In this document: positions 1-9,630 of the stretch, piece after piece
How positions within the stretch are numbered: the stretch's first letter is position 1
Layout of the letters: the number at the start of each line of letters is the position of its first letter
Assembly: GCA_030631415.1 (NCBI GenBank)
Contig: DAOVLE010000002.1
Span: forward strand, 1-54,661
Direction: 5' to 3'
Length of the DNA: 54,661 nt
Source: Phycisphaerales bacterium
GTDB taxonomy: Bacteria > Planctomycetota > Phycisphaerae > UBA1845
Position numbers and translations under genes: made by a program
Notes under the pieces: model-generated
Seen by the model: the letters and a program-made list of their open reading frames with translations, nothing else
Told to the model about the DNA's origin: nothing
The model's database searches: none

Positions 1-823
1 CCCTGACGAGTGCGAACTTGTGGACAACGACTGCAACACCAACACAGTCCCCGACGACTGCGACATCGCCACCGGGACCAGCGCGGATTGCAACTCGAAC
101 GGTGTTCCCGACGAGTGCGACCCGGACTGCAACACCAACGGTGTTCCCGACGAGTGCGATATTGCGGCTGGCACGAGCGAGGACTGCCAACCCAACGGCG
201 TTCCAGACGAGTGCGACATCGCCGGCGGCACAAGCCAGGACTGCCAGAGCAATGGTGTTCCCGACGAGTGCGATGTGGTTCTTGGCCACAACTGCTGCGA
301 AACAGGACACGGAGCCGGTTGCAGTAATCCGGATATTGAGGCTTGCGTTTGCGCTGAGGATCGCTACTGCTGCCAGACCGAGTGGGACGAAAACTGTGTG
401 GATGAAGTAATAAGCTTGGCGTGTGGCACGTGTGGGCCCTTTAGCGACGACTGCAACGACAACGTTATCCCTGACGAATGTGAACTGACGGACAACGACT
501 GCAACGCCAACGGTGTGCCGGACGACTGTGATGTGGATCCGACCGATCCCGATGGCAATGGTCTGGTAAGCGAGGATTGCAACACGAACGGGGTGCCGGA
601 CGAGTGCGAATGCGATTTCGATGGCGACGGCCTCATCGACGATTGCGACCCTGACATCGACGATGACGGGGTGCTCAACGGCAACGATGTATGCGACTAC
701 ACGCCGCTCGGAACGGCGGTGGATTTGGAAGGCAGACCCGTCGGGGACATCGACAAGGATTGCGATACCGACTTGGCGGATTACGCGCTGTTCCAGGACG
801 GGTTCACCGGGCCGCTGCCATAG
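1..823 (+). CDS. 5'-truncated secreted protein C-terminus: Cys/Asp-rich DCNxNGVPDEC repeats plus dockerin-like tail
   Basis: ORF runs in from the window edge. It has many DCNxNGVPDECD units and ends GDIDKDCDTDLADYALFQDGFTGP, an EF-hand/dockerin-like pattern. Confidence 0.8.
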   Translation, partial: PDECELVDNDCNTNTVPDDCDIATGTSADCNSNGVPDECDPDCNTNGVPDECDIAAGTSEDCQPNGVPDECDIAGGTSQDCQSNGVPDECDVVLGHNCCETGHGAGCSNPDIEACVCAEDRYCCQTEWDENCVDEVISLACGTCGPFSDDCNDNVIPDECELTDNDCNANGVPDDCDVDPTDPDGNGLVSEDCNTNGVPDECECDFDGDGLIDDCDPDIDDDGVLNGNDVCDYTPLGTAVDLEGRPVGDIDKDCDTDLADYALFQDGFTGPLP

Positions 824-835
824 CCGCGTATCCAG

Positions 836-892
836 GTAGGTCGGGTCCGCAGACCCGACATTCGTTGGGACAAACAAAACGTCGGGTCTGCG
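836..892. repeat. GTAG-type REP pair, second half interrupted
   Basis: GTAGGTCGGGTCCGCAGACCCGAC...GTCGGGTCTGCGG. The same family occurs at 38355-38380. Confidence 0.6.
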
Positions 893-1095
893 GCGGGTGG
901 CCTGGGCAACGGGTGGCAGACAAAGCCCGCGCCAATACGCCTGGAACAACCACCAAAGCCTCGCCGCGGGCTTTGTCCGTGGGCCTGGGCCAACGGTGCC
1001 CACAGAGCTTCCAACGCCCAGCACGGGCAAGGACCGCCAAGTAGCGTCATCGCATGATGAACGTCTTCCGTGGGCGGTCCTTGCCCGTGCCACCC
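890..1095. repeat. Left arm of ~190-bp inverted repeat (REP-like composite)
   Basis: Closely matches the reverse complement of 1740-1920, e.g. GTAGCGTCATCGCATGATGAACGTCTTCC / GGAAGACGTTCATCATGCGATGACGCTAC. Confidence 0.85.
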
Positions 1096-1097
1096 AA

Positions 1098-1646
1098 CTA
1101 CTTGCCCAGGCCACTGGCCGCTTTGGTGAAGGTTCCTTTGGTGGGGCACTCCTGTTCGAGATTATGTCGCCGGAGAATGCCCTTGATACTATTCTTGGTT
1201 CTGGTCAGAGTCTGTCCTAAGCGTTGGCGCAGGTGTGTCAACTGCCGATCGTATTGCTCCGCTTCGGTCGCCTGATAGACCTCGCTGACATTCAGCAGGC
1301 GTTGATCCGCGGCGATGCGGTCCCGGTTGATCCATAGCAGCTCGCTGATCTTGGCCGCATCACGTCGGTCCGTCTTCTGTCTGGCTCGCGGTGGTGGGGA
1401 TATTACATATACCCGCTTACAGCCGCACTGTTTGAGACGTTTGATCAACCAGCCGTTGAAGCCGCAGACCTCCATTGCCGCGACGTAGCCGCCGGCCTGG
1501 TTGCTGCGTTCTTGTAAGGCTGTAAGAAACTGATCCACTTGAGACCACTCCGTGCTTACTTGCCGCCGTTGAACCACGCCCCCTTGAATATTGCGGGTGC
1601 AGATGGTCAAATGACGCTTGTGTTGGTCGATACCGACAAACAACAT
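1098..1646 (-). pseudogene. IS110-family transposase, N-terminal DEDD domain only (C-terminally truncated)
   Basis: GIDQHK, MEVCG and KTDRRDA motifs followed by a coiled coil. It stops at 182 aa, at the edge of a REP. RBS AAGGAG lies upstream. Confidence 0.85.
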
Positions 1647-1739
1647 GGTGGGTTCTCCTTGTCAGAGTAATACTTGGGCCATCCCCGGTGGATAGGCCGC
1701 TCAACGTATTCTGCAGGAGAACCCTCTTTCATAGAATCA

Positions 1740-1920
1740 GGCAAGGACCACCCCTGGAAGACGTTCATCATGCGATGACGCTACCTGGCGGTCCTTGTGC
1801 CCGTGCTGGGCGTTGCGTGACAGGCCCACGGACAAGGCCCGCGTCGTGGCTTTGGTGGTTATTCCAGGCCTATTGGCGCGGGCCTTGTCCGTGCCACACG
1901 TTGCCCTGGCCACCCGCCGC
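1740..1920. repeat. Right arm of ~190-bp inverted repeat (REP-like composite)
   Basis: Inverted copy of 890-1085. It lacks the terminal CGTGCCACCC at the point where the IS begins. Confidence 0.85.
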
Positions 1921-2363
1921 TAGAGCGATTTGTTATATGCATTCCTCTGCTTCGCCACGATGTCTGCAAGGTCGTTTAGATCCCCTTCCAACAACCAAGC
2001 TTTCTCAGTGTACGTGTGTACATCTGAGTCCAACAGGTCGGCTCGTGGAAGTAGCGTTTCCTCTATCAACCCGGCGAACAGATCAAAAAGGCTATGGACC
2101 AGATAATTCCTTTGGTCTCTAAGCATTTCCAAGGACGGCTGCATTTGCCGTAAGAGCTCATGCTCTTTGAGTAAATTGACTAATTGACCGAGCGTCAGAC
2201 GTTTGGACTTAAGCGGTACGGACTGCGCATCCAAAAATACCTTTAACTCCGTTTCAAGCCTGCCTGCAGCCAGAACGGTACGGCCAAGTTGCGCACAAAA
2301 TTCCTGGTCTCCCTTTAGGAGGTCGAAAAACTCTTTCCCAGCTACTGGTTCACCCTCATACAT
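1920..2363 (-). CDS. Hypothetical protein (lower GC, cassette-like)
   Basis: Open ORF with helical-looking sequence. Start placed at MYEGEP (2363), which is uncertain. Confidence 0.65.
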   Translation of the reverse strand: MYEGEPVAGKEFFDLLKGDQEFCAQLGRTVLAAGRLETELKVFLDAQSVPLKSKRLTLGQLVNLLKEHELLRQMQPSLEMLRDQRNYLVHSLFDLFAGLIEETLLPRADLLDSDVHTYTEKAWLLEGDLNDLADIVAKQRNAYNKSL

Positions 2364-2937
2364 CCACATAACAATAATTAGCTTGATCCGCATAACATGC
2401 GGAACTTTGGTTTTTTGCCCGTATAACACGCCTCTGAATCGTCTGCCAGAGGCGCGCTAAACCCTTTATCTTCTGTAGGTTGCGCTCTGTCTCACGGTTT
2501 ATCACGGCGTTTTATGCGGATCGGCATCACAACCTCCCTCCCTGGATTACCTCAAAGCCCGTCGATCGGACCGAGACCGACCGTGTTCGGATTACAGGGG
2601 CTTTGCCGCACAGGTCAAACTCCCGCCAGTGAAGGGGCTTGGTCAGGCGCCGTTGGACAACATGCAGGGAGCCTAACATGGAGTGGCGGCCGCTGCAACG
2701 CCGATGTGCCCGCTACGTGGGTCGTGGTCCGTGACAGTTTCGGCGGGTTCTTTTTGGGGTATGATTGTGGTGGGGTCGGTTACGGAAGGCGGACCCGGAT
2801 GTTTTTGCGGAGTCCTTCATGGAGGATGCGTGTCATGTCAGCACGGAGCACACGTCAGGAGGCGCAGACGCGGATTGTCTTGATCGTCGCACTTTCCATA
2901 TCGGCCTTGCAAAAAAAAACGAAAAAAGACTCCAGGC

Positions 2938-2951
2938 TTGATCCAGGTCAA
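2938..2951. promoter_or_regulatory. FNR/Dnr/HcpR-type (Crp-Fnr family) binding box upstream of hcp
   Basis: TTGATCCAGGTCAA is one mismatch from TTGAT-N4-ATCAA and lies 140 bp upstream of the hcp ATG. Confidence 0.6.
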
Positions 2952-3090
2952 GGCGGAGAACCCTGCGATGTTCGATGATCCAGTATGGCGCGAGGGAGCC
3001 GCGTTTCGGCAACCCGCCCCGGAAACTGAACAAAGAGATATGATTCGCGAAATCGTTTCGATCGGTTGCACAAACACGAGGAGTTAACAC

Positions 3091-4755
3091 ATGTTCTGTT
3101 ACCAATGTCAAGAAACCGCCAAGAATACCGGCTGCACTGTTAAAGGCGTGTGCGGCAAACCGGAAGAGACCGCTAATCTTCAGGACCTTCTGATCCATGT
3201 GCTAAAAGGCATCGCAGTTTATGGTGAGCGCCTCAAGGGCGTTGGATGGTCCGACAAAGCGACCGGTCGGTGTGTCGGCCAAGGCCTGTTTGCAACGATT
3301 ACGAACGCCAACTGGGACGACGACCGCTTTGTCGCCATGATCAAAGACGCGCTAAAACACCGGGACCAACTGCGGGACAGGTTTCTGACCGCCTATAAGG
3401 AAAAGAGCGGTCGGGAGTTTGACGAGCCGCTGCCTGATGCCGCTACCTGGTCCTCCGATGACGCAGCCACATTTGCGGAAAAGGCCAAGTCCGTCGGTAT
3501 CCTGGCCACTGAAAACGATGATGTCCGCTCACTACGGGAGCTTCTGATCATCGGCCTGAAGGGGATCGCCGCCTATGCGGACCATGCTGCGATCCTGGGG
3601 TCTGAGAAAGACGAAATCTACGATTTCATGATGGAGGCGCTGGCGTCCACCACGAAGGAACTGTCGGTGGACGAGATGATCGGGCTGGTCATGAAAGCCG
3701 GAGAAACAGCAGTCAGCACCATGGCCCTGCTTGACGAGGCTCACACGTCGGCTTACGGCCATCCGGAAATAACCGAAGTGAACCTCGGTGTTCGCAACAA
3801 TCCGGGGATACTGATCAGCGGCCATGATCTAAAGGACATGCAAGAGTTGCTGCTGCAAACCGAAGGTACAGGTGTGGATGTGTACACCCACGGCGAGATG
3901 CTACCGGCCCACTACTATCCGGCCTTCAAGAAGTACAATCATCTTGTCGGCAACTACGGCGGCGCCTGGTGGCAGCAGAACACGGAGTTCGAGTCCTTCA
4001 ACGGCCCGATTCTTCTGACCACGAACTGTCTGGTTCCGTTGAAGAAGAACAACACGTATCTGGATCGGCTCTTTACAACCGGCCTAGTCGGTTACGTCGG
4101 CGCCAAGCATATTCCCGACAGGGCTAAAGACGGAGCCAAGGATTTTTCCGAAATGATCGATTTGGCCAAGAAATGCCCACCGCCGACCGAAATCGAAACC
4201 GGCAAGATTGTCGGCGGATTCGCCCACCATCAGGTTCTCGCTCTGGCCGACAAGGTCGTTGAGGCGGTCAAGTCCGGGGCGATCAAGCGTTTTATCGTCA
4301 TGGCCGGCTGTGACGGACGCCACAAAACCAGGGACTATTATACGGAAGTGGCCCGGAACCTGCCCAAAGATACGGTGATCCTCACCGCCGGGTGCGCCAA
4401 ATACCGCTACAATAAACTCGACCTTGGCGACATCGGCGGCATCCCCCGTGTGCTGGATGCGGGCCAGTGCAACGATTCCTATTCGCTGGCGGTGATCGCG
4501 CTGAAATTGAAAGAGGTCTTTGGCTTGAAAGACATCAACGAGCTGCCGATCTCATATGACATCGCCTGGTACGAACAGAAGGCGGTGGCGGTTCTGTTGG
4601 CGCTCCTTTCTCTCGGTGTCAAGGGTATTCGGCTCGGCCCCAGCCTGCCGGGTTTCCTTTCCCCGACGGTGGCCAATGTCCTGGTGGAAAAGTTCGGGAT
4701 GAAACCCGTCGGCACGGTTCAGGAGGATATTGATTCCATGATGGCTGGCAGGTAA
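3091..4755 (+). CDS. hcp: Hybrid cluster protein (hydroxylamine/NO reductase)
   Basis: MFCYQCQET...[10 protein letters not shown] cluster motif, plus [23 protein letters not shown] and WYEQKA. GAGGAG RBS upstream. Confidence 0.97.
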   Translation: MFCYQCQETAKNTGCTVKGVCGKPEETANLQDLLIHVLKGIAVYGERLKGVGWSDKATGRCVGQGLFATITNANWDDDRFVAMIKDALKHRDQLRDRFLTAYKEKSGREFDEPLPDAATWSSDDAATFAEKAKSVGILATENDDVRSLRELLIIGLKGIAAYADHAAILGSEKDEIYDFMMEALASTTKELSVDEMIGLVMKAGETAVSTMALLDEAHTSAYGHPEITEVNLGVRNNPGILISGHDLKDMQELLLQTEGTGVDVYTHGEMLPAHYYPAFKKYNHLVGNYGGAWWQQNTEFESFNGPILLTTNCLVPLKKNNTYLDRLFTTGLVGYVGAKHIPDRAKDGAKDFSEMIDLAKKCPPPTEIETGKIVGGFAHHQVLALADKVVEAVKSGAIKRFIVMAGCDGRHKTRDYYTEVARNLPKDTVILTAGCAKYRYNKLDLGDIGGIPRVLDAGQCNDSYSLAVIALKLKEVFGLKDINELPISYDIAWYEQKAVAVLLALLSLGVKGIRLGPSLPGFLSPTVANVLVEKFGMKPVGTVQEDIDSMMAGR

Positions 4756-4781
4756 TGTAAGACACAATAGGAGTCTGGGCT

Positions 4782-5873
4782 ATGAAAGGATGGATTTGCT
4801 GGACACGAACCGGCGCGGTGATTCTCATCTCCGTCGGTGGCATCGTCGTTCTGCTGATTTGGCTGGGCGGTGGGTTTCACGAGAAGATCGAACCAGGCCC
4901 CACGGAGGTCGGTGTCCTACCGCTGGGACAGGCGCGGACGATGATCGTCGAGCCGACGACGGTGCCGCTCATGGAGGATGCGGTGGGGACCGTCCGAGCC
5001 GCTCACGAAACGGAGGTCGGCGCGAAGATCATGGCCCGGGTGCTGGCTGTTCACTTTCAGGCCGGTCAGCGCGTGGAGCAGGGTCAGGTTCTGGCCGAGT
5101 TGGAGAAGGGCGATTTGCAGGCCCGCATGAGCCAGGCGCAGGCGGCTGTTGATGCCGCTCGGGCGGCACTCGATCAGGCCCAGACCAATTACGATCGCAT
5201 CGTGCGCTTGCGGGCCAAAGACTCGGCGAGCGAACTCGAGTTCACCACGGCCACCAACGAGTTCAACGCTGCCAAGGCCAATCATGAGCAGGCTCTCAGC
5301 GCACTTCGTGAGGCTGAGGCGGTCATCGGCTATGCCACGATCCGGTCACCGCTTACCGCTGTCGTCATCGACAAGGCGGTTGATGTCGGGGACATGGTGC
5401 GGCCCGGCCAGACCGTGCTTCGACTGTACGACAGGCTGCAACTGGTCGCGACGGTCCGAGAGTCGCTGGCTACGAGCCTGCAAGTCGGGCAGCAACTGCC
5501 GGTAACGCTCGAGGCCCTGGACTTGCACTGCGAAGGCACGATCAGCGAGATCGTTCCCGAATCCGACGTGCTGAGCCGGGCATTTCACGTCAAGGTCACC
5601 GGCCCCTGCCCACCGGGTGTGATCCCCGGGATGTTCGGCCGACTGCACATTCCGCTCGGCGAGCGTCAGGAGTTGCGGATTCCGCGTTTGGCAGTTCGGC
5701 GCGTTGGGCAGATCGCGTTTGTCTACCGGGATGTCGACGGAAACCGCGTGGAGCGCACGTTCGTTCAGTTGGCGGGCGAGCACGGCGATCAGGTTGCAAT
5801 CGCCTCCGGCTTGTCGGCGGGGGACCGGATCGTGGCCGACCCAAAGATGTTGGGGTTGAGCGACAAACGATGA
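4782..5873 (+). CDS. RND efflux periplasmic adaptor (membrane fusion protein)
   Basis: N-terminal TM, biotinyl-like GQRVEQGQVLAEL, coiled hairpin, ATIRSP, PGMFGR, GLSAGDRIV. Confidence 0.92.
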   Translation: MKGWICWTRTGAVILISVGGIVVLLIWLGGGFHEKIEPGPTEVGVLPLGQARTMIVEPTTVPLMEDAVGTVRAAHETEVGAKIMARVLAVHFQAGQRVEQGQVLAELEKGDLQARMSQAQAAVDAARAALDQAQTNYDRIVRLRAKDSASELEFTTATNEFNAAKANHEQALSALREAEAVIGYATIRSPLTAVVIDKAVDVGDMVRPGQTVLRLYDRLQLVATVRESLATSLQVGQQLPVTLEALDLHCEGTISEIVPESDVLSRAFHVKVTGPCPPGVIPGMFGRLHIPLGERQELRIPRLAVRRVGQIAFVYRDVDGNRVERTFVQLAGEHGDQVAIASGLSAGDRIVADPKMLGLSDKR

Positions 5874-6072
5874 GGGCCGACGCTGCAATATGGTTGCCGC
5901 TTTGCGAATATGGTATGCTTTACGGGGTGGTTAGGGCTTGCGCTGACACGGGCTTAGGGCCGACGCAAAAATAACTACGCAGCAAAGTGGGGTATGAGCT
6001 TGATGGGAATCAGTTTGCCACTAAATGCACTAGTGCCGTTTTCGATCAGACTGTTTTGTGTTTCGACGGGTC

Positions 6073-6252
6073 GCGCTAGGCCCGGCATTTATGCCGGGTG
6101 AAAAGGCCGAACGAAGAATCCCTCGTAGGGTGGGTGGAGCCTGCCGCAGGCGGGCGAAACCCACCACGCCGGTTGGTGGGTTCCACCCACTCTACGTCTG
6201 GGGTGTCAAAAACAACCACTCCAATACCCGGCATAAATGCCGGGCCTAGCGC
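6073..6252. repeat. Palindromic MITE/REPIN-like element with 27-bp terminal inverted repeats and an internal GTAG REP pair
   Basis: GCGCTAGGCCCGGCATTTATGCCGGGT...ACCCGGCATAAATGCCGGGCCTAGCGC. The same ends occur at 40465-40605. Confidence 0.85.
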
Positions 6253-6355
6253 AAACGGCGGATATCCCACTGCGGGACTGCCGAAAATGAGAAGTTATTT
6301 TTGCGTCGTACCAATGTTGATCTCTTTGGCATTCTTAAGAAACTGGCAAAAGAAA

Positions 6356-7633
6356 ATGCAGCTTCCGATTAGTGCTGATATTTACCATGGGGATTGTCTC
6401 ACCTTACTTAAGGATGTCGAACCAGACAGTGTTGATCTGGTGTATATGGACCCACCCTTTCTAACGCAAAAGACTCAGCGCCTTAAAACGCGAGATCGAT
6501 GCACGGAATTCTCATTTGATGATTCGTGGACTTCACCTGAAGAGTATGCGGAATTCATGCTCGCCCGATTGAGGGCCATATATCGTGCACTTGCGCCAAC
6601 AGCATCACTTTTTTTTCATTGCGACCGAAACGCAACACATATAGCACGAAGGCTGCTTGATGAGGTTTTTGGAAGCAACTCGTTCAGATCGGAGATAATC
6701 TGGAGGTATCGTCGTTGGTCGAATTTGCGCAGGGGTTTGCTACCTGCTCACCAGACCATCTATTACTACTCGAAGTCTGACGAGTTTACCTTCAACGTTA
6801 TCTGGGAAGAGTATTCCCCCTCAACAAATGTCGATCAAATTCTTCAACAGCGTACGCGTGATGCACATGGAAAGTCTGTCTATAAGCGCGACCGATCCGG
6901 CCAAGTCGTCTCCAACGGGGCAAAGCGGGGCGTCCCGCTCAATGACGTATGGGACATTCCCTATTTGAATCCGAAAGCAAGGGAACGAACGGGATATCCA
7001 ACGCAAAAGCCTTTGTTATTGCTTGAGCATATCATTGAGATTGCCACGAGAGAAGGTGACGTTGTGCTGGACCCATTTTGTGGGAGCGGCACCACATTAT
7101 TGGCGGCAGAATTGCTCGGCCGCAAAGCGATCGGCATTGATATTTCGGCGGATGCTATCGAATTGACTCGCAAGCGATTGCAGAATCCGACACGAAGCGA
7201 ATCGGCTCTGTTGCTTCATGGGCGGGAATCTTACCGCAAGGCAGATGAGTCGGCACTATCGCTTCTGCAGGGTTTAGAGTATGTACCTGTCCAGCGGAAT
7301 AAGGGGATAGACGCGATATTGAAACAGGATTACGAGGGGACGCCGATTCCGGTGAGAGTGCAGCGAGACTGGGAGGCTATTCTGGAGGCGGCGCTAAAAC
7401 TGAGTAAAGCCTCCGAGAATAAGAATGCCAGAGTTATGTTTCTAATCGCCACGGCGTCTGGTGGCTGCTTTCCATTTGCCGACGATATGCCACACGGCGT
7501 GGTTGTGGTGAATGCTCCGAGTCTGGGCATAGACGAATATCTCTCGACGATTAGAGAGACGGCTTCCCCACAACCGGGTGCCGCGGGTTGTGGATCACCA
7601 CCGGGAGGCACACATAGGCGGAGGTTTTTGTGA
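6356..7633 (+). CDS. Site-specific DNA methyltransferase (N6A/N4C, beta class) with C-terminal extension
   Basis: Motif IV DPPF precedes motif I DPFCGSGTT, and YPTQKP is present. Start placed at MQLPIS because the upstream ORF extension is REP-derived. Confidence 0.9.
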   Translation: MQLPISADIYHGDCLTLLKDVEPDSVDLVYMDPPFLTQKTQRLKTRDRCTEFSFDDSWTSPEEYAEFMLARLRAIYRALAPTASLFFHCDRNATHIARRLLDEVFGSNSFRSEIIWRYRRWSNLRRGLLPAHQTIYYYSKSDEFTFNVIWEEYSPSTNVDQILQQRTRDAHGKSVYKRDRSGQVVSNGAKRGVPLNDVWDIPYLNPKARERTGYPTQKPLLLLEHIIEIATREGDVVLDPFCGSGTTLLAAELLGRKAIGIDISADAIELTRKRLQNPTRSESALLLHGRESYRKADESALSLLQGLEYVPVQRNKGIDAILKQDYEGTPIPVRVQRDWEAILEAALKLSKASENKNARVMFLIATASGGCFPFADDMPHGVVVVNAPSLGIDEYLSTIRETASPQPGAAGCGSPPGGTHRRRFL

Positions 7634-9303
7634 ATCTCTGGACGGCGTTGCTGGATGTATTGATTCTGCTGCTGGCAGCGATGCTGCTGGGCTCGCTGTG
7701 TGAGCGACTGAAGCAGAGTGCGCTCCTGGGCTACCTGCTCGCCGGGACGTTGCTGGGCCCCAACGCCCTGGACTGGATGCCGAATCACACAGCGGTGGCG
7801 ACGATCGCGGAGTTGGGCGTTGCGCTGCTGCTGTTTACGATCGGGCTTGAGTTCTCCTGGCGCAGATTGCGGAGCATCGGGCCGATCGCCCTCGGTGGGG
7901 GAACTGTTCAGGTGCTGCTGACCAGCGTTCTGGCGGCGGGGGTTTGCCTGATGCTGGGGCTCGGCGGTCGCCCGGCACTGGCAGTCGGCGCCATGATTGC
8001 ATTGAGCAGCACCGCCTCTGTATTGCGTCTGCTCGTGAGCCGCGCGGAAATCGACGGCGTCCACGGCCGACACGGGCTGGGCATCCTGCTCCTCCAGGAC
8101 ATCGCGGTGGTTCCGCTGGTGCTCGTGGTGACCGCGTTGGGAGGCGAAGGTCAGGGTTCGGTGACGCAGGTCGGCTGGGAGATGGGCCGAGCGGCCGGCG
8201 TGGCGTCCCTTCTGGTAGCGGCGCTCTTTGTGGTGCTCAATTACCTCGTGCCGCTGCTGCTAGGCGCGCGAGAAGCAGCGCGGAATCGCGATTTGCCGAT
8301 CCTGCTGGCGATCGTTACAGCCGTGGGGGCAGCGTGGGCATCGCACAAGCTGGGCCTTTCGCCGGCGCTGGGAGCATTCATCGCGGGTTTGCTGCTGGCC
8401 GAGTCGCCCTTTGCCACGCAAATCCGCGCCGACATTGCCTCGGTGCGCACGCTTTTCGTGACACTGTTTTTCAGCTCGATCGGGATGTTGTGTAATCCGG
8501 CGTGGGTGCTGGAACACTGGGCGACGGTCACGGCCGTGGTGGCGGCCATCGTGTTCGGCAAGGCGATCGTTATCTCCGGCGTGGCGCGTCTGTTTCGTTC
8601 CTCGCCCGGCCATGCGGTGGCGACGGGCATCTGCTTGGCCCAGGTGGGCGAGTTCTCAGTCGTCCTCGCCGAGGTAGCGCGGCACGGGCAGTTGATCGAC
8701 GGCGGCCTGTTTGATCTGATCGTCGCGGCAACGATTGGAACGTTGTTCCTCACGCCGTACCTGGTGGCCTTCGCGCCGCATGTTGCAAGGGCTGTGGGCA
8801 GGCTTTCAGCCGGGCGCCCTCACGCACTACCCTGGCAGCCTGAACCGCCGGCTGAGCCCACTGCAAAGATGAGCGGGCATATCGTGATCGTGGGTTTTGG
8901 CCCTGCGGGCCAGTGCGTTGCCAGAGCACTCGAACAAGACCATCAGGCGTTCGTTGTGGTCGTCGAGTTGAACCCCAAGTCAGCGGATGTTGCTAGGGGC
9001 TACGGCCTGCGGACGTACATCGGTGACGCAACCAGCCCGGAAATGTTGGAACACTTGTGTGTCGGAGCAGCCAAGGTCGTCGCGGTGACAGTGCCCGATC
9101 CAGCCGCTGCCCGGCAAATCATCGAGGGAGTTCGTTCCCTGGGAACGGATACGTCAATCATCGCGCGGGCGCGGTATCATAGGTATCGTTCGGAACTGGC
9201 CCTTGCCGGAGCGGTCGCGGTCATCGACGAGGAAGAACAGGTCGGCCTCCAGATAGCCTCGGCGGTGCAGGAGAAACTGCGGACCGGCATTACCCACGGC
9301 TAA
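7630..9303 (+). CDS. CPA2 cation:proton antiporter (Kef-type) with TrkA_N domain
   Basis: ELGVALLLFTIGLEF, LSSTA, LLLQDI and LAQVGEFS motifs, plus C-terminal IVGFGPAG and GDAT. Confidence 0.93.
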   Translation: MNLWTALLDVLILLLAAMLLGSLCERLKQSALLGYLLAGTLLGPNALDWMPNHTAVATIAELGVALLLFTIGLEFSWRRLRSIGPIALGGGTVQVLLTSVLAAGVCLMLGLGGRPALAVGAMIALSSTASVLRLLVSRAEIDGVHGRHGLGILLLQDIAVVPLVLVVTALGGEGQGSVTQVGWEMGRAAGVASLLVAALFVVLNYLVPLLLGAREAARNRDLPILLAIVTAVGAAWASHKLGLSPALGAFIAGLLLAESPFATQIRADIASVRTLFVTLFFSSIGMLCNPAWVLEHWATVTAVVAAIVFGKAIVISGVARLFRSSPGHAVATGICLAQVGEFSVVLAEVARHGQLIDGGLFDLIVAATIGTLFLTPYLVAFAPHVARAVGRLSAGRPHALPWQPEPPAEPTAKMSGHIVIVGFGPAGQCVARALEQDHQAFVVVVELNPKSADVARGYGLRTYIGDATSPEMLEHLCVGAAKVVAVTVPDPAAARQIIEGVRSLGTDTSIIARARYHRYRSELALAGAVAVIDEEEQVGLQIASAVQEKLRTGITHG

Positions 9304-9480
9304 GCCGCATTTCTCACGCCGCAGAGATCGCGGAGATCGCAGAGTATTGCCTAGAAAGAAGTTACAGCTAAATCAGGGCGTGTCGCCGGGTGGCATGGCC
9401 AAGCGTCTCCGACGAGAGGCTACCATAAGGTGACCCTGTTTCACAAACGGAGACATAGGCTGTGGCATAAGATGGAGCTT

Positions 9481-9540
9481 GGCCATGTACACACGGTGCG
9501 AAAGCGTGCGGCGCAAAACATGGTCAAGGGCCACCCACCG
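9481..9540. repeat. Dispersed repeat shared with 43074-43128
   Basis: GGCCATGTA...GCGAAAGCGTGCGGCGCA(A/G)AACATGGTCAAG is present at both sites. Confidence 0.7.
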
Positions 9541-9630
9541 GCAACTGGTTTACGGTGTTGGAAGCTCTGTAGGCGCCGTGGCCCAGGCCACCCGCCGCAT
9601 AGATTACCTATCTTGCCGTTTGCTTGGGTC

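Noticed and set aside
2514-2978. 154-aa ORF or integron integrase remnant upstream of hcp
   Set aside because: No recognisable motifs. It overlaps the probable hcp promoter and has no tyrosine recombinase signature.
5874-6060. Possible riboswitch (GACGCAAAA reminiscent of c-di-GMP-I)
   Set aside because: The upstream GGCAAA/GAAA stem and overall structure are not evident.
6098-6355. N-terminal extension of the methyltransferase ORF (likewise 23569-23667 and 34812-35000)
   Set aside because: Translates REP sequence (VGWVEP..., RAGSTR...). Downstream ATGs fit the protein families better.
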